A model generated the notes under the pieces. It was not told the origin of the DNA. It worked only from the letters and a program-made list of their open reading frames with translations, and ran no database searches. A DNA stretch of 45,908 nt from a virus (Duplodnaviria; Caudoviricetes). Position numbers and translations under genes: made by a program. The stretch lies in IMG/VR virus record IMGVR_UViG_3300044454_000098, positions 1 to 45,908 of that record; one strand, 5' to 3'. Each line of letters begins with the position of its first letter. The stretch's first letter is position 1. Positions 16,856 through 25,394 of the stretch are shown here, in pieces.

Positions 16856-17884
16856 GCCTTTCCGCTTCCGATTCCGGTACTTCGCGTGCAGCTCTTCCGG
16901 CGTGAGCGCCAGGTAGTGATCATGGGAGCGATCTGACAAATGGCCGAGCACTCGTTTGCGTTCTTCACGGTCCAGCCCACCAACCTCGCGCAGCTGGTGG
17001 TTAGCCTCGCGTCGCAGGTCATGCAAATGAAGGTCGGGGACGCCAAGCTCGCGACAGCAGTCGGTGAAAGCCTTTGTGAGAGTCTGCGGATGGATCGGGA
17101 AAATCCGATCGGCCTGCCGCGGCTGCCGGGCGGCCAGGGTCCAAGCCTTCCCGAACAGTGGAACGTACTCGTTTCGACGGGCATGCACCCGGGGATGTTT
17201 GCGGTTGCGCACCAGGACGGCCTTACGTTTTGCGTCCAGGTCGTCCCAAAGGACGGCGACCAGCTCGCCCCGCCGCAGGCCGGATAGCGCCGCCAGCTCG
17301 ACCGCATCGCGCATCGCCGGCCGGTGCTCGGCGAACCATTCCAGGACCCGCTCGAGCTCGTCGCCCACCGGGCGCCGGGACCGGCGGCCGCCGCCGGCGA
17401 TCAGCTGCAGGTGGTGCAGCAGCGGCCGCGCCTGGCCGACGACATCCGGCAGCTGCAGATTCTCGAAGCTCGCAACCGTCCGTAAAACGGTCCCCAGGGC
17501 GCTCAGCTCCATGTTGATAGTGCCGGGGCCGGCGCCCTGGCGCGCGCGCTCCTGCGCCCACGTCGTCAGCCGGCGGGGTATTAGATCGCGGACGGCTTCC
17601 GGCCCCAGGTCCTGCGCCAGGTGCTCGAGCATGTAATGCTGGTTTGCCTCGGCCGCGATCGGTCGCCCGGACTCGGCCCGGATGCGCCGGTAGGTGTCGA
17701 TCGCCTGGCCGACCGTCAGCTGCTCAGCCCGGACCCGCCGGCCGCCGGAGCGCAGCGCCCGCTCGGTCGATTCGCCCCAGGCGATCGCCTCGGCTTCCGT
17801 GTCACAATACTTGGAGACGGGCCGGTGTCCCTTCAGCCTGACCAGGACGCGGAACCGATCGCCGATCTGCGCAATGCTCGCCAC
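16850..17884 (-). CDS. int: Tyrosine recombinase/integrase
   Basis: SGLRRGEL, RKHP, HLHDLRRE, LGH...HY catalytic set. Confidence 0.93.
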   Translation of the reverse strand: MASIAQIGDRFRVLVRLKGHRPVSKYCDTEAEAIAWGESTERALRSGGRRVRAEQLTVGQAIDTYRRIRAESGRPIAAEANQHYMLEHLAQDLGPEAVRDLIPRRLTTWAQERARQGAGPGTINMELSALGTVLRTVASFENLQLPDVVGQARPLLHHLQLIAGGGRRSRRPVGDELERVLEWFAEHRPAMRDAVELAALSGLRRGELVAVLWDDLDAKRKAVLVRNRKHPRVHARRNEYVPLFGKAWTLAARQPRQADRIFPIHPQTLTKAFTDCCRELGVPDLHLHDLRREANHQLREVGGLDREERKRVLGHLSDRSHDHYLALTPEELHAKYRNRKRKGS

Positions 17885-18060
17885 GACTCACCCCCGGAAC
17901 AGTGGCGCGACTCACCGGATGGTAGGTCGCGGTATGTGCGGGGATGATCCTAGAGCTAAACGCGGCCCGGGTTCAAGGTAGTTGCCCTACAGACTCCCCG
18001 TAGTTCAAGGGGAGCTGGCTCACTCGGCGGGCGGCGCTTTCGGAACAGCCAGCGACTCAC
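17884..18060. other. Putative attP (core about 17994-18014; arm repeats CGACTCAC)
   Basis: Adjacent to int; CGACTCAC at 17884, 17908 and 18053; core CTCCCCGTAGTTCAA resembles a tRNA 5' end. Confidence 0.6.
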
Positions 18061-18256
18061 TCTCGATGAGCTTGTCCAGGTAGTGCCGGGCCTTCTTCAG
18101 GTCCTCGAGGCCGTTCTTGGACTTGTAGCGGGTCACGTACTTGATGACGTTCCCGGCCAGGTAGCCGATGCCGTTTTCGTGCACAAAGTCCCACAGCTGG
18201 ACCGGAAGCCGCTGGTAGTGGCTGCCGCCCTCTTGGGTGTCGTTGGCTGTTGTCAT
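18020..18256 (-). CDS. DUF3310-family protein
   Basis: QEGGSHY...GNVIKYVTRYKSKNGLEDLKKARHYL. Confidence 0.85.
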   Translation of the reverse strand: MTTANDTQEGGSHYQRLPVQLWDFVHENGIGYLAGNVIKYVTRYKSKNGLEDLKKARHYLDKLIESESLAVPKAPPAE

Positions 18257-18302
18257 ACGTTCCCGGAAATCAGTAGGTACACCAGGGCGAGCGCGGCGAC
18301 GA

Positions 18303-18452
18303 TCATCGCCGCAGCGCCACGACGATCAGGCCGACATTCGCCAGCGCGTAGGCGGCGAACACCAGGGCCATCGCCCAATCGTTCTTGCGCAGGAAATCGA
18401 CGGCCGAAAGCAGGTACAGGACGCCGCAGGCTCCGATCGCCCAGGCGCTCAC
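18303..18452 (-). CDS. Small two-TM membrane protein
   Basis: GTG 18452: MSAWAIGACGVLYLLSAV...AMALVFAAYALANVGLIVVAL. Confidence 0.55.
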   Translation of the reverse strand: MSAWAIGACGVLYLLSAVDFLRKNDWAMALVFAAYALANVGLIVVALRR

Positions 18453-19522
18453 TTGATGCCGCGCCGCTTGAACTTCAGGTAGTCGGCGCCCTCGTAGGGA
18501 TTCCAGAAAACCTTGCACATATCGCCGTCGTCCTCGGGCTTGCTCGGGTCGATGACGGTCAGCGCGCAGGGCCCGATCATCTGATCGCGGAAGCCCCGCT
18601 CTTTCGCGTAGCGGTCCATCAGCTTGTAGCTGCCGATCTGCAGTGAGTGCGAGACTCGCCCGCTGGCCGGGTCCTTCGTGATGCCGTAGCCGCTTACGTG
18701 CTTGTGCCCGCAGATATGCAGGTGGTCGCGCGGGCCGAGCTGCGCCGACTTCATGGCGCCGTGGGCCGGGTTCCACTGCGAATGCCCGCTGAAGTCATGG
18801 CGGGCGTTCACGATGAAGCGGGCGCCGCTCGGGAAATTCAGCGCGAACCTGGCCTCACTCGGTTCGTGCATGAACGTCTGACCGCGGGCGATCCAGGTGA
18901 GAGGGTCGCCGGCGCCGCTCCAAAGGTCGTGATTGCCGCCGATGATGACCAGCCAGGGGCAGCGCCGGATGAACCACTCGGCCAGCATCCAGGCTTGTTT
19001 CGCCGTCGTGCCCTGCTGCGCGTACAGGCGCGCCAGGCGGCCGGTCCAGTTGTTCGTCGTGTCGCCCACGTTGGCGGCGAACAGGCCCTCGGTGTCGTTC
19101 ACCAGGTCGGTATGCGCGGCGATCGCCTCGATGTCGGTGCCGTCGTCGTCCAGGTGCGGATCGCCGAACCACTGGATACCGATGGGCCCCTTGATCTTGA
19201 CCTTGATCTCGACGCACTTGCGGGCGTCGTTGGCTTCGCGCTTCTTGCGGAACTGCTTGATGCGGTGCTCGACCAGCTCATCTACGCTGATGTCCTCGTC
19301 GGGCAGGGCCGGCGCGCTGAATGCCCTGGCCTGCTCGGACGCCTTCGGCCGATTCGGGTGATCCTCGCGGCGCAGGAACCCGCGCAGCACCGCCTGGCGG
19401 CAGCGCCACTCGAACTTCTGGCGGTTCATGTTCAGCGCGCGCGCGCCGCCGGTGGAGCCGTGCTGGCGGTAGGCTTCGGCGACTTCGATCAGTGCATCAT
19501 CTGGAACGACGGGAGTACCCAA
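18449..19522 (-). CDS. Calcineurin-like metallophosphoesterase with N-terminal HTH-like region
   Basis: FGDPH, VGDTTNN, GGNHD, RHD, CGHKH motifs. Confidence 0.85.
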   Translation of the reverse strand: MGTPVVPDDALIEVAEAYRQHGSTGGARALNMNRQKFEWRCRQAVLRGFLRREDHPNRPKASEQARAFSAPALPDEDISVDELVEHRIKQFRKKREANDARKCVEIKVKIKGPIGIQWFGDPHLDDDGTDIEAIAAHTDLVNDTEGLFAANVGDTTNNWTGRLARLYAQQGTTAKQAWMLAEWFIRRCPWLVIIGGNHDLWSGAGDPLTWIARGQTFMHEPSEARFALNFPSGARFIVNARHDFSGHSQWNPAHGAMKSAQLGPRDHLHICGHKHVSGYGITKDPASGRVSHSLQIGSYKLMDRYAKERGFRDQMIGPCALTVIDPSKPEDDGDMCKVFWNPYEGADYLKFKRRGIK

Positions 19523-19900
19523 CTAGGCCACCTTTCGGTACATCAGATTCGTTAGGGTCGCGATGACGGCGTGCTCGGCCTCTTCGACCTCGGGCGATTC
19601 GATGTCGTGGGCCTTGACGGCCTGGATCAGCGGATCGAGCAGCACATGCCCCATTTCGTGCAGGGCGATTTCGCGCATCCGCTGCTCGGTCACTGGCACG
19701 TCGCCCCAATCCTCGCGGGCGACGCGCACCTTGAGCAGCCGGGCGGCGTGTGACATATCAATTTCGACGATCGTCGAGCGATGGTCGGGCGGGTCAATCT
19801 GCAGCTCGAGGCGCCAGCTGGTCAGGCCGAGCTTTGCCTGCCACTCGGCCATGAACTGCATGAAGCGCGCGACCTGGGAACTGCTGACGGGCTTCTTCAC
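19523..19900 (-). CDS. Zincin-like protein (HExxH)
   Basis: IALHEMGHVLL...EEAEH; GTG 19900 overlaps the holin stop. Confidence 0.65.
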   Translation of the reverse strand: MKKPVSSSQVARFMQFMAEWQAKLGLTSWRLELQIDPPDHRSTIVEIDMSHAARLLKVRVAREDWGDVPVTEQRMREIALHEMGHVLLDPLIQAVKAHDIESPEVEEAEHAVIATLTNLMYRKVA

Positions 19901-20295
19901 TGTTTCCGGCCGGTCAGGGCATCGGCAATCGACGGCATCACCTTTTCGACGCTGCGGCCAACGACATAGCCGCCCAGGCCGAACTCGACGATGCTCCACA
20001 ACTTGAGGTATTCGGCCTCGCTGAGATTGGGAGCGGCCCACCCGAACCAGCGGGCGACGATCAGGCCGACAAACACCAGCATGGTGATCGGCCGCCAGCT
20101 CGCGGCGAGCCAGTTTGACGAGGCGGCCTCGGCCTTCACAATGTCCGCGCGCGCCGTGAACTCAGCAAGCTCGCCGGACTGCGCGAGCTTCAGCAGCTCG
20201 AGCTGCGCGGCGGCCTTCTGAGTGGGGTCCGGCCACAGTCGGTCGATCAGCTTTCCGCCGACCTCGAGTGCTGCACTGATTGGGTCGAGTGCCAT
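19897..20295 (-). CDS. 3TM-type (GTA-like) holin
   Basis: MALDPISAALEVGGKLIDRLWPDP...SNWLAASWRP...GLGGYVVGRSVEK. Confidence 0.8.
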   Translation of the reverse strand: MALDPISAALEVGGKLIDRLWPDPTQKAAAQLELLKLAQSGELAEFTARADIVKAEAASSNWLAASWRPITMLVFVGLIVARWFGWAAPNLSEAEYLKLWSIVEFGLGGYVVGRSVEKVMPSIADALTGRKQ

Positions 20296-20303
20296 ACGGT
20301 CCT

Positions 20304-20645
20304 CTACAGGGTGACGGGGCCCTTGCCTGGCGCCCACTTGAAGCGCGACGCGCGGACGTTGAACACGTCGCCGTCAGCTGTCTCGATGTGCACGTAGCGC
20401 GGGTCGTCGGGCTCGAAAATCCAACAGCCGTGGACGACGATGTGGCCCTTCGCCACGTAGAACATATTCATTCCGCCGTTCTTGCAGGGCTGCTCCTTCG
20501 TCTCGAACAACCGCATGTAGTCGTCGCCGGACTCGGAGCGCCAGGCGGCGATCGCCTGCGCGCCCTCGGCGTTCGTGACGACCAGGACGCCGAACAGGAA
20601 CAGGGCGAGCGAAAGCCAGAAAATGCGCAGCAGGCTCTTTTTCAC
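20304..20645 (-). CDS. Secreted/periplasmic protein in the lysis cassette
   Basis: GTG 20645; signal peptide MKKSLLRIFWLSLALFLFGVLVVTNAEG; two Cys. Confidence 0.6.
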   Translation of the reverse strand: MKKSLLRIFWLSLALFLFGVLVVTNAEGAQAIAAWRSESGDDYMRLFETKEQPCKNGGMNMFYVAKGHIVVHGCWIFEPDDPRYVHIETADGDVFNVRASRFKWAPGKGPVTL

Positions 20646-21106
20646 GGGTACTCCGAGGCGGGCAGTTGGAAGTGCGGACCGTCGAGGAACGCCTTGTGTC
20701 CGGCGGCACGCCGGCGGTTGGCGTAGCCCTCGCTTTCTTCGTGCGCCGGCGAGTGCCACTGCTGCACGGTGCGATCCCAACATCCGCCCCACTCGAGGCT
20801 GATGTGCAGCTCGCGCGCGGCGTCAGCCACGACATCAGCCACGCGGTAGCAGAGCGGCCAGTCCCACCGCGGCCCGCCGTCGAGCAGCGGCGCCAGGTCA
20901 ACGGCGTGGCCGGTCAGGTGCCGGCTGCGCATCGTCTGACTGGCGCCGGCGGCGACCAGCTGCGCCTGGCGCGCGGCCGTGCGCAGGCCCTCAGTGATCA
21001 TGAATCCCAGGTCGGCCGGCATCTTCTCGGCCGCCAGGCGGACGACCTTCACCAGGTCGATATGCAGGCCCTCGAGCCTGGTGAGGTCCTTCTGCGAAAG
21101 AATCAC
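20642..21106 (-). CDS. Endolysin, M15 L-Ala-D-Glu peptidase family
   Basis: EGLRT..RQ, SRHLTGHAVD, WGG.W, DGPHFQL. Confidence 0.9.
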   Translation of the reverse strand: MILSQKDLTRLEGLHIDLVKVVRLAAEKMPADLGFMITEGLRTAARQAQLVAAGASQTMRSRHLTGHAVDLAPLLDGGPRWDWPLCYRVADVVADAARELHISLEWGGCWDRTVQQWHSPAHEESEGYANRRRAAGHKAFLDGPHFQLPASEYP

Positions 21107-21342
21107 TTGAGCCACCACTTGAGCAGCAGCGTGATCAAGCTGCCGAGGCCGCCGGCCGTGAGCGCGGCGATCCAGAAAGCTCCCTTGCCCTTGTTGGCGA
21201 GCTCTAGCAGCTCGTCGATCTTGGCGGACTGCTCGGCCAGTGAGGCCCGGGATTCCAGCTTGTGTTCGGAGAGCTCCTTCCTGAGTGCTTCCACTTCCGC
21301 CTCGAGCCGCCCAAAATCGCGCGCGCTTACCTCTTCGTTCAC
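21103..21342 (-). CDS. Coiled-coil plus C-terminal TM protein (XhlA/holin-like)
   Basis: RDFGRLEAEV...LANKGKGAFWIAALTAGGLGSLI; precedes the endolysin. Confidence 0.65.
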   Translation of the reverse strand: MNEEVSARDFGRLEAEVEALRKELSEHKLESRASLAEQSAKIDELLELANKGKGAFWIAALTAGGLGSLITLLLKWWLK

Positions 21343-21935
21343 TTCAACCTCTCGGATTTGATGCGCCGGAGGGACACATGCGCGACGGGCATCCCCCAGG
21401 CTGAGTTTTCGGGATCGTTGGGCCACTGCGCGAAGTCGGTACGGAAAAATGGAGCCAGCTTCCAGCCGAACCGTAAACGGTAGCCGAAGTTGCCGAAAAG
21501 GCGCCGGACCTTGTAGAACTCCCAATAGTCGCCGGCAAAGAATCGGACGGTCCCCTCGCGATCGCCCTCGTCGTCGCCGGTGCGGATGTCGCCCTCGACG
21601 TATCCCTGGTACACGCGCGCGACGCCACCCTCGATGACGATGCGCGGCCAGTAGGCCCACCGCCTCGACAGCCGGTAGGCGCGGTTGCGGATGAGCCAGT
21701 AGATTGCGCAGGCGGTCCAGCCGTGCCGCTCGTAGATTTCTTTCACCTGTGGTTCGTACAGGCCACCGGGCAGCAAGCAGTCGGGCGTTTCCATCCAGCG
21801 GAAGCCGCGCGGCAGGCGGCCACTGTACTTGGCGCCGAACCACTTGACGGCGATCGGCACGACGATCGGAGCCAGGATGATCTGCGCCAGCTCGGCGAGC
21901 TTGATCAGCACGATGATCGGCAGGTACTTGGACAT
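21339..21935 (-). CDS. Conserved phage membrane-associated protein after the tail fibre
   Basis: ATG 21935; N-terminal TM; LPRGFRWMETPD...WLIRNRAY...FGWK. Confidence 0.6.
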   Translation of the reverse strand: MSKYLPIIVLIKLAELAQIILAPIVVPIAVKWFGAKYSGRLPRGFRWMETPDCLLPGGLYEPQVKEIYERHGWTACAIYWLIRNRAYRLSRRWAYWPRIVIEGGVARVYQGYVEGDIRTGDDEGDREGTVRFFAGDYWEFYKVRRLFGNFGYRLRFGWKLAPFFRTDFAQWPNDPENSAWGMPVAHVSLRRIKSERLK

Positions 21936-23410
21936 CAGAGCTCCGCGGATGCCTTGTAGGCGCAAATGACTTCCGCGCTCGCGCTGGCTGTTGCGGCGGC
22001 GTAGAAGCGGAAGCCGACGGCCGTAGCGTTGTCGGTGACTCCCGTCGAGGCGTTCGAGTACGAAAACGTGGTGCCGGTCAGGTCGGCGGTGCCGCGCATC
22101 ACTACCGGGAAAATCACACGCATCCCGAAATTCTGGCCGGCCGTCCCGACCTGGTTCACGCTTCCGGTGCCCACCTGGTAGTAGCGTTGGCACAGGGCGA
22201 ACTCCATGCCATATGGCCGCCGCTCGAACGGCGACGCCGAGCTGCCGGCCTCGAGCTGCACCCCGGTCAGGTCGAACGTGGCATTGAGCGTACCGATCAG
22301 ATTGGTCGCGCCCGTCACTCCATAGACGGCCGTGCCGGTCCATGCCGAGGCCGTGCCCTTACCAGTCGAGCCGCAGCCGAGGTCGAAGAACAGGTAGAAG
22401 CCGGCGTTGTTATCGGTCGCCCAGGCGCCCGTCGTGTCGCCGGGGATCGTGACGGTTTTCTGCTCCCAGGTGTTCGCGACGTTGATCGCGAACGTGAAGG
22501 GATAGGCGCGGGTAAATCCGCCGTTGGTCAATGATCCGCTAAAGGTTCCGGTCAGCGACGACCGCACCCAAAACGACACCGTGACCGCCTTCGCTGCAGA
22601 CGTGCCAAACGCAAGATCGGCGACGTTGTAGCCTTCGATGGCCTGAATCAGAATGTAAATCTGGCCGGCCGCGATCGACGCATCGGCCGTCGTCGTCTTG
22701 GCGCGCAGATAGTGCGTGTAGGTGTCAGGCGGCGTGCCGGATGTGAGCTGCTGCACTGTAAACACGCCATCGGCGGCCTGCCCGAACGCTTTCCAGCGGT
22801 CCACGGTGTACGAGTACGCGGCCGTGTTGATCGTGACCGCGGCGCCCACGTTCCGCTGGTCGATCCGCATGTCGCCGTTGATGATCCGATTGCGGAAACC
22901 AATCGAGGCCACGCCGTCGCCCACCTGGTTGCCGAGCTCGGCGAGCGCCGCGCTGACCGTGGTCGCAACGATTCCAGCCTGGGGCGTGAAACTGACATCC
23001 GTCGCCTGCGTCGAGCTCAGCGAGAGCCACTTGACGGCGGCCAGGTCGGTCGCAAAGGTTCCGCTGGTGTGTGTGACGGCGCAGATATAGGTCACGCCGC
23101 CCTGCGTCACGATGTCCTTCGCGGCATAGACGGTCGCCGTGAGCCAGGCGCCGCGAACGACGACGCCGGCCGCCGCGAGCAGCGCCTTGACGTCGCTCGC
23201 CAGGGTGTGAATTTTCACCTTGCCGTCGCGAATCTCACCGTCGTCGCGCTGGATCAGCGCCAGGTTCGCGAGCAGCGCGTCGAGCGTTACGTCAATCGCC
23301 GAGAACTCCGCATCGAGCTGAGCCGTGCGGACGGTCGAGCGCCCACCGACGTTGTTGGCCTCTTCGGCCGAAAAGTCGGTGCCTGGCGAGTATGACGGCG
23401 GCTGTGACAT
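21935..23410 (-). CDS. Tail fibre/receptor-binding protein 2 (491 aa from ATG 23410)
   Basis: Paralogue of 23410-24909; CBM-like W..ATVYAAKDIV module; FRNRIINGDMRIDQR...VQLEAGSSASPFERR...LCQRYY. Confidence 0.8.
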   Translation of the reverse strand: MSQPPSYSPGTDFSAEEANNVGGRSTVRTAQLDAEFSAIDVTLDALLANLALIQRDDGEIRDGKVKIHTLASDVKALLAAAGVVVRGAWLTATVYAAKDIVTQGGVTYICAVTHTSGTFATDLAAVKWLSLSSTQATDVSFTPQAGIVATTVSAALAELGNQVGDGVASIGFRNRIINGDMRIDQRNVGAAVTINTAAYSYTVDRWKAFGQAADGVFTVQQLTSGTPPDTYTHYLRAKTTTADASIAAGQIYILIQAIEGYNVADLAFGTSAAKAVTVSFWVRSSLTGTFSGSLTNGGFTRAYPFTFAINVANTWEQKTVTIPGDTTGAWATDNNAGFYLFFDLGCGSTGKGTASAWTGTAVYGVTGATNLIGTLNATFDLTGVQLEAGSSASPFERRPYGMEFALCQRYYQVGTGSVNQVGTAGQNFGMRVIFPVVMRGTADLTGTTFSYSNASTGVTDNATAVGFRFYAAATASASAEVICAYKASAEL

Positions 23411-24909
23411 CAGAGCTCCGCGACGGCGGTTAGCGTGCCGGAAGGCCAGCCGCGAATGCCGGCAGCTCGATCTGCGCGGATCGAGTAGTTTGCGGCGTTG
23501 ACGTTCGCCCCCTGCCATATGTCCGGGGTGGCTGGATTGCCCAGGTTGTCGTACACCGCGTTAGTGCTGCTCGGCAGAGTGACGGTCGGGGATGCCCGCA
23601 TGGTCGTGGGGAACTGCACCGCAGGGCCATAGACGGAGGTCTGATTCGTGGTGACGTAGGTAGCGAAATAGCCGCCGACGTAGCAGTACCGCTGACACAT
23701 CGCCAGCTCAACGCTGTAGGAGCGGCGCTCGAACGGCGTGGCGACACTGCCGACCTCGAGCTGGACGCCGGCCAGGTCCAGCGTGGCATTGAGGGTGCCG
23801 ATCAGGTTGGTGCCGCCGGTCACGCCGTAGTAATACGTCCCCGACCAGGCGCCGGCCGTGCCCTTGCTTGTCGTGCCGCAGCCCAGGTCGAGCGCCAGCA
23901 CCAGGCCGGCGTTGCTGTCCGTGGCATAGGTGCCCGTCGTGTCGCCCGCGACGGTGACGGTCTTGTACTCCCAGGTGTTCGCCTGGTTGATGGCGAACGA
24001 GAACGGATAGGCGCGGTTGCTGTTGTTGCCCAGGGAGCCGCCGAAGGTGCCGGTCAGGCTCGAGCGCACCCAAAAGCTGAGCGTGACCGTCTTGGCGGTG
24101 GCTAGGCCGAAATCCAGGTCGCCGATGTTGTAGCCCTCGATCTTCTGGCCGCCGATGTAGATTTGCGCGGCGCCGATCGACGCATCCGCGGTGGTCGTCT
24201 GGAAGCGCAGGCAATGTGTGAAGCCTGGCAGCGACGTGACCGCGGTCCGCGTCATCGTGAAAACGCCATCGGCGGGCTGCCCGTAGCCATACCAGCGATC
24301 CACCCCGTAGATCGTTGACGCGGCGTTGACAGTGACCGCGGCGCCGCCGTTGCGCTGGTCAATCCGCATGTCGCCATTGATGAGGCGGTTGCGAAAGCCC
24401 ATGCCACCGGCGCCGTCGCCGATCTGATTGCCAATCTCGGCCAGGGCTGCGCTGACGGTCGTCGCCGCGATGCCGGCCTGCGGCGTGAACGAGACATCAG
24501 CCGCCAGGGTGGTCGAAAGGTTCAGCCACTTGCCGGCCGCCAGGTCCGTCGCGAAAGTGCCGGACGTGTGAACGGCCGCGCAAATGTAGGTCACGCCGCC
24601 GTTGCTTACGATGTCCTTCGCCGCGTAGTTGGTGCTGGTCAGCCAGGCGCCGCGGACCACGCATCCGGTCGTCGCGAGCAGGGTCTTGACGTCATCGGCC
24701 AGCGTGTGCAGCTTGACCTTGCCATCGCGGATTTCGCCGTCGTCGCGCTGAATGATCGCGAGATTCGTCAACAGCGCGTCGAGGGTGACATCTATGGCGG
24801 CAAACTCGGCATCGAGCTGCGCGGTGCGAACCGTCGAACGGCCGCCCTGGTTGTTGGCCTCTTCGGCACTGAAATCGGTAGCGGGCGAGTAGGCCGGAGG
24901 CTGAGACAT
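23410..24909 (-). CDS. Tail fibre/receptor-binding protein 1
   Basis: Same architecture; RNRLINGDMRIDQR...VQLEVGSVATPFERR...MCQRY. Confidence 0.8.
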   Translation of the reverse strand: MSQPPAYSPATDFSAEEANNQGGRSTVRTAQLDAEFAAIDVTLDALLTNLAIIQRDDGEIRDGKVKLHTLADDVKTLLATTGCVVRGAWLTSTNYAAKDIVSNGGVTYICAAVHTSGTFATDLAAGKWLNLSTTLAADVSFTPQAGIAATTVSAALAEIGNQIGDGAGGMGFRNRLINGDMRIDQRNGGAAVTVNAASTIYGVDRWYGYGQPADGVFTMTRTAVTSLPGFTHCLRFQTTTADASIGAAQIYIGGQKIEGYNIGDLDFGLATAKTVTLSFWVRSSLTGTFGGSLGNNSNRAYPFSFAINQANTWEYKTVTVAGDTTGTYATDSNAGLVLALDLGCGTTSKGTAGAWSGTYYYGVTGGTNLIGTLNATLDLAGVQLEVGSVATPFERRSYSVELAMCQRYCYVGGYFATYVTTNQTSVYGPAVQFPTTMRASPTVTLPSSTNAVYDNLGNPATPDIWQGANVNAANYSIRADRAAGIRGWPSGTLTAVAEL

Positions 24910-24936
24910 TTGAGGCTCTACGTTATTCCGTTGTCG

Positions 24937-24970
24937 AGTGTCGCACGGTCGCCGGGACCTTTTTCAACGG
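24937..24970 (-). promoter_or_regulatory. Late-promoter motif copy B (CCG-TTGAAA-N19-GACACT)
   Basis: Intergenic, upstream of the tail fibre/lysis block. Confidence 0.6.
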
Positions 24971-24971
24971 C

Positions 24972-25394
24972 CTACTTAAAGGGCTTCTTGAACTGCAGGC
25001 CGACCGCCGACCGCTTCCAGTCCAGCGGGTTCGGGATGGCGTTCAGGTTCACGCCATACTCGGGAGTCTCGTAGGCGGCCTTCAGGGTCGCGATCGGGAG
25101 CACCGGCCAGTTGAGCTTGTTCTCGTAGCCGGAAGCGGCCCCCAGGCCCATTCCGGCCTTCAGGGCGCCCATCGCGATCGGCATGTACTCGAGGCCGCCG
25201 TAGATCGAATTGCGGCCCTGGGTGTTCTTGTAGAAGCCGCCCATCGCGTTGACGTCGCCGCCCAGGGGGACCTCGACGCCGAGCCCGGGGTTCGACTCGT
25301 TGACGTTCTGATTGGTCAGGTGCTGCGAAATCAGGTTCGCCACCAGCCAGGCCGGCACCTTCGGCGGCGCGTTCAGGTTGTCGGTGAAGTCCAC
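24972..25394 (-). CDS. PagP-like small beta-barrel protein without signal peptide
   Basis: SQH...NESNPGLGVE...GGFYKNT..RNSIY...GAASGY...P.LP...NLNAIP...VGLQF pattern. Confidence 0.55.
   Translation of the reverse strand: MDFTDNLNAPPKVPAWLVANLISQHLTNQNVNESNPGLGVEVPLGGDVNAMGGFYKNTQGRNSIYGGLEYMPIAMGALKAGMGLGAASGYENKLNWPVLPIATLKAAYETPEYGVNLNAIPNPLDWKRSAVGLQFKKPFK

Noticed and set aside
17994-18014. tRNA gene or intrinsic terminator
   Set aside because: Only about 15 nt is tRNA-like, with no cloverleaf and no U-tract after the hairpin; treated as an att core.
20638-20649. CCCGTGAAAAA as a fifth late-promoter copy
   Set aside because: It lacks the TTGA core and is explained by the GTG-AAA-AAG start codons of 20304-20645.
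21935-24909. Diversity-generating retroelement or shufflon at the tail fibres
   Set aside because: No reverse transcriptase, no adenine-specific TR/VR pair, no invertase and no inverted cassettes.
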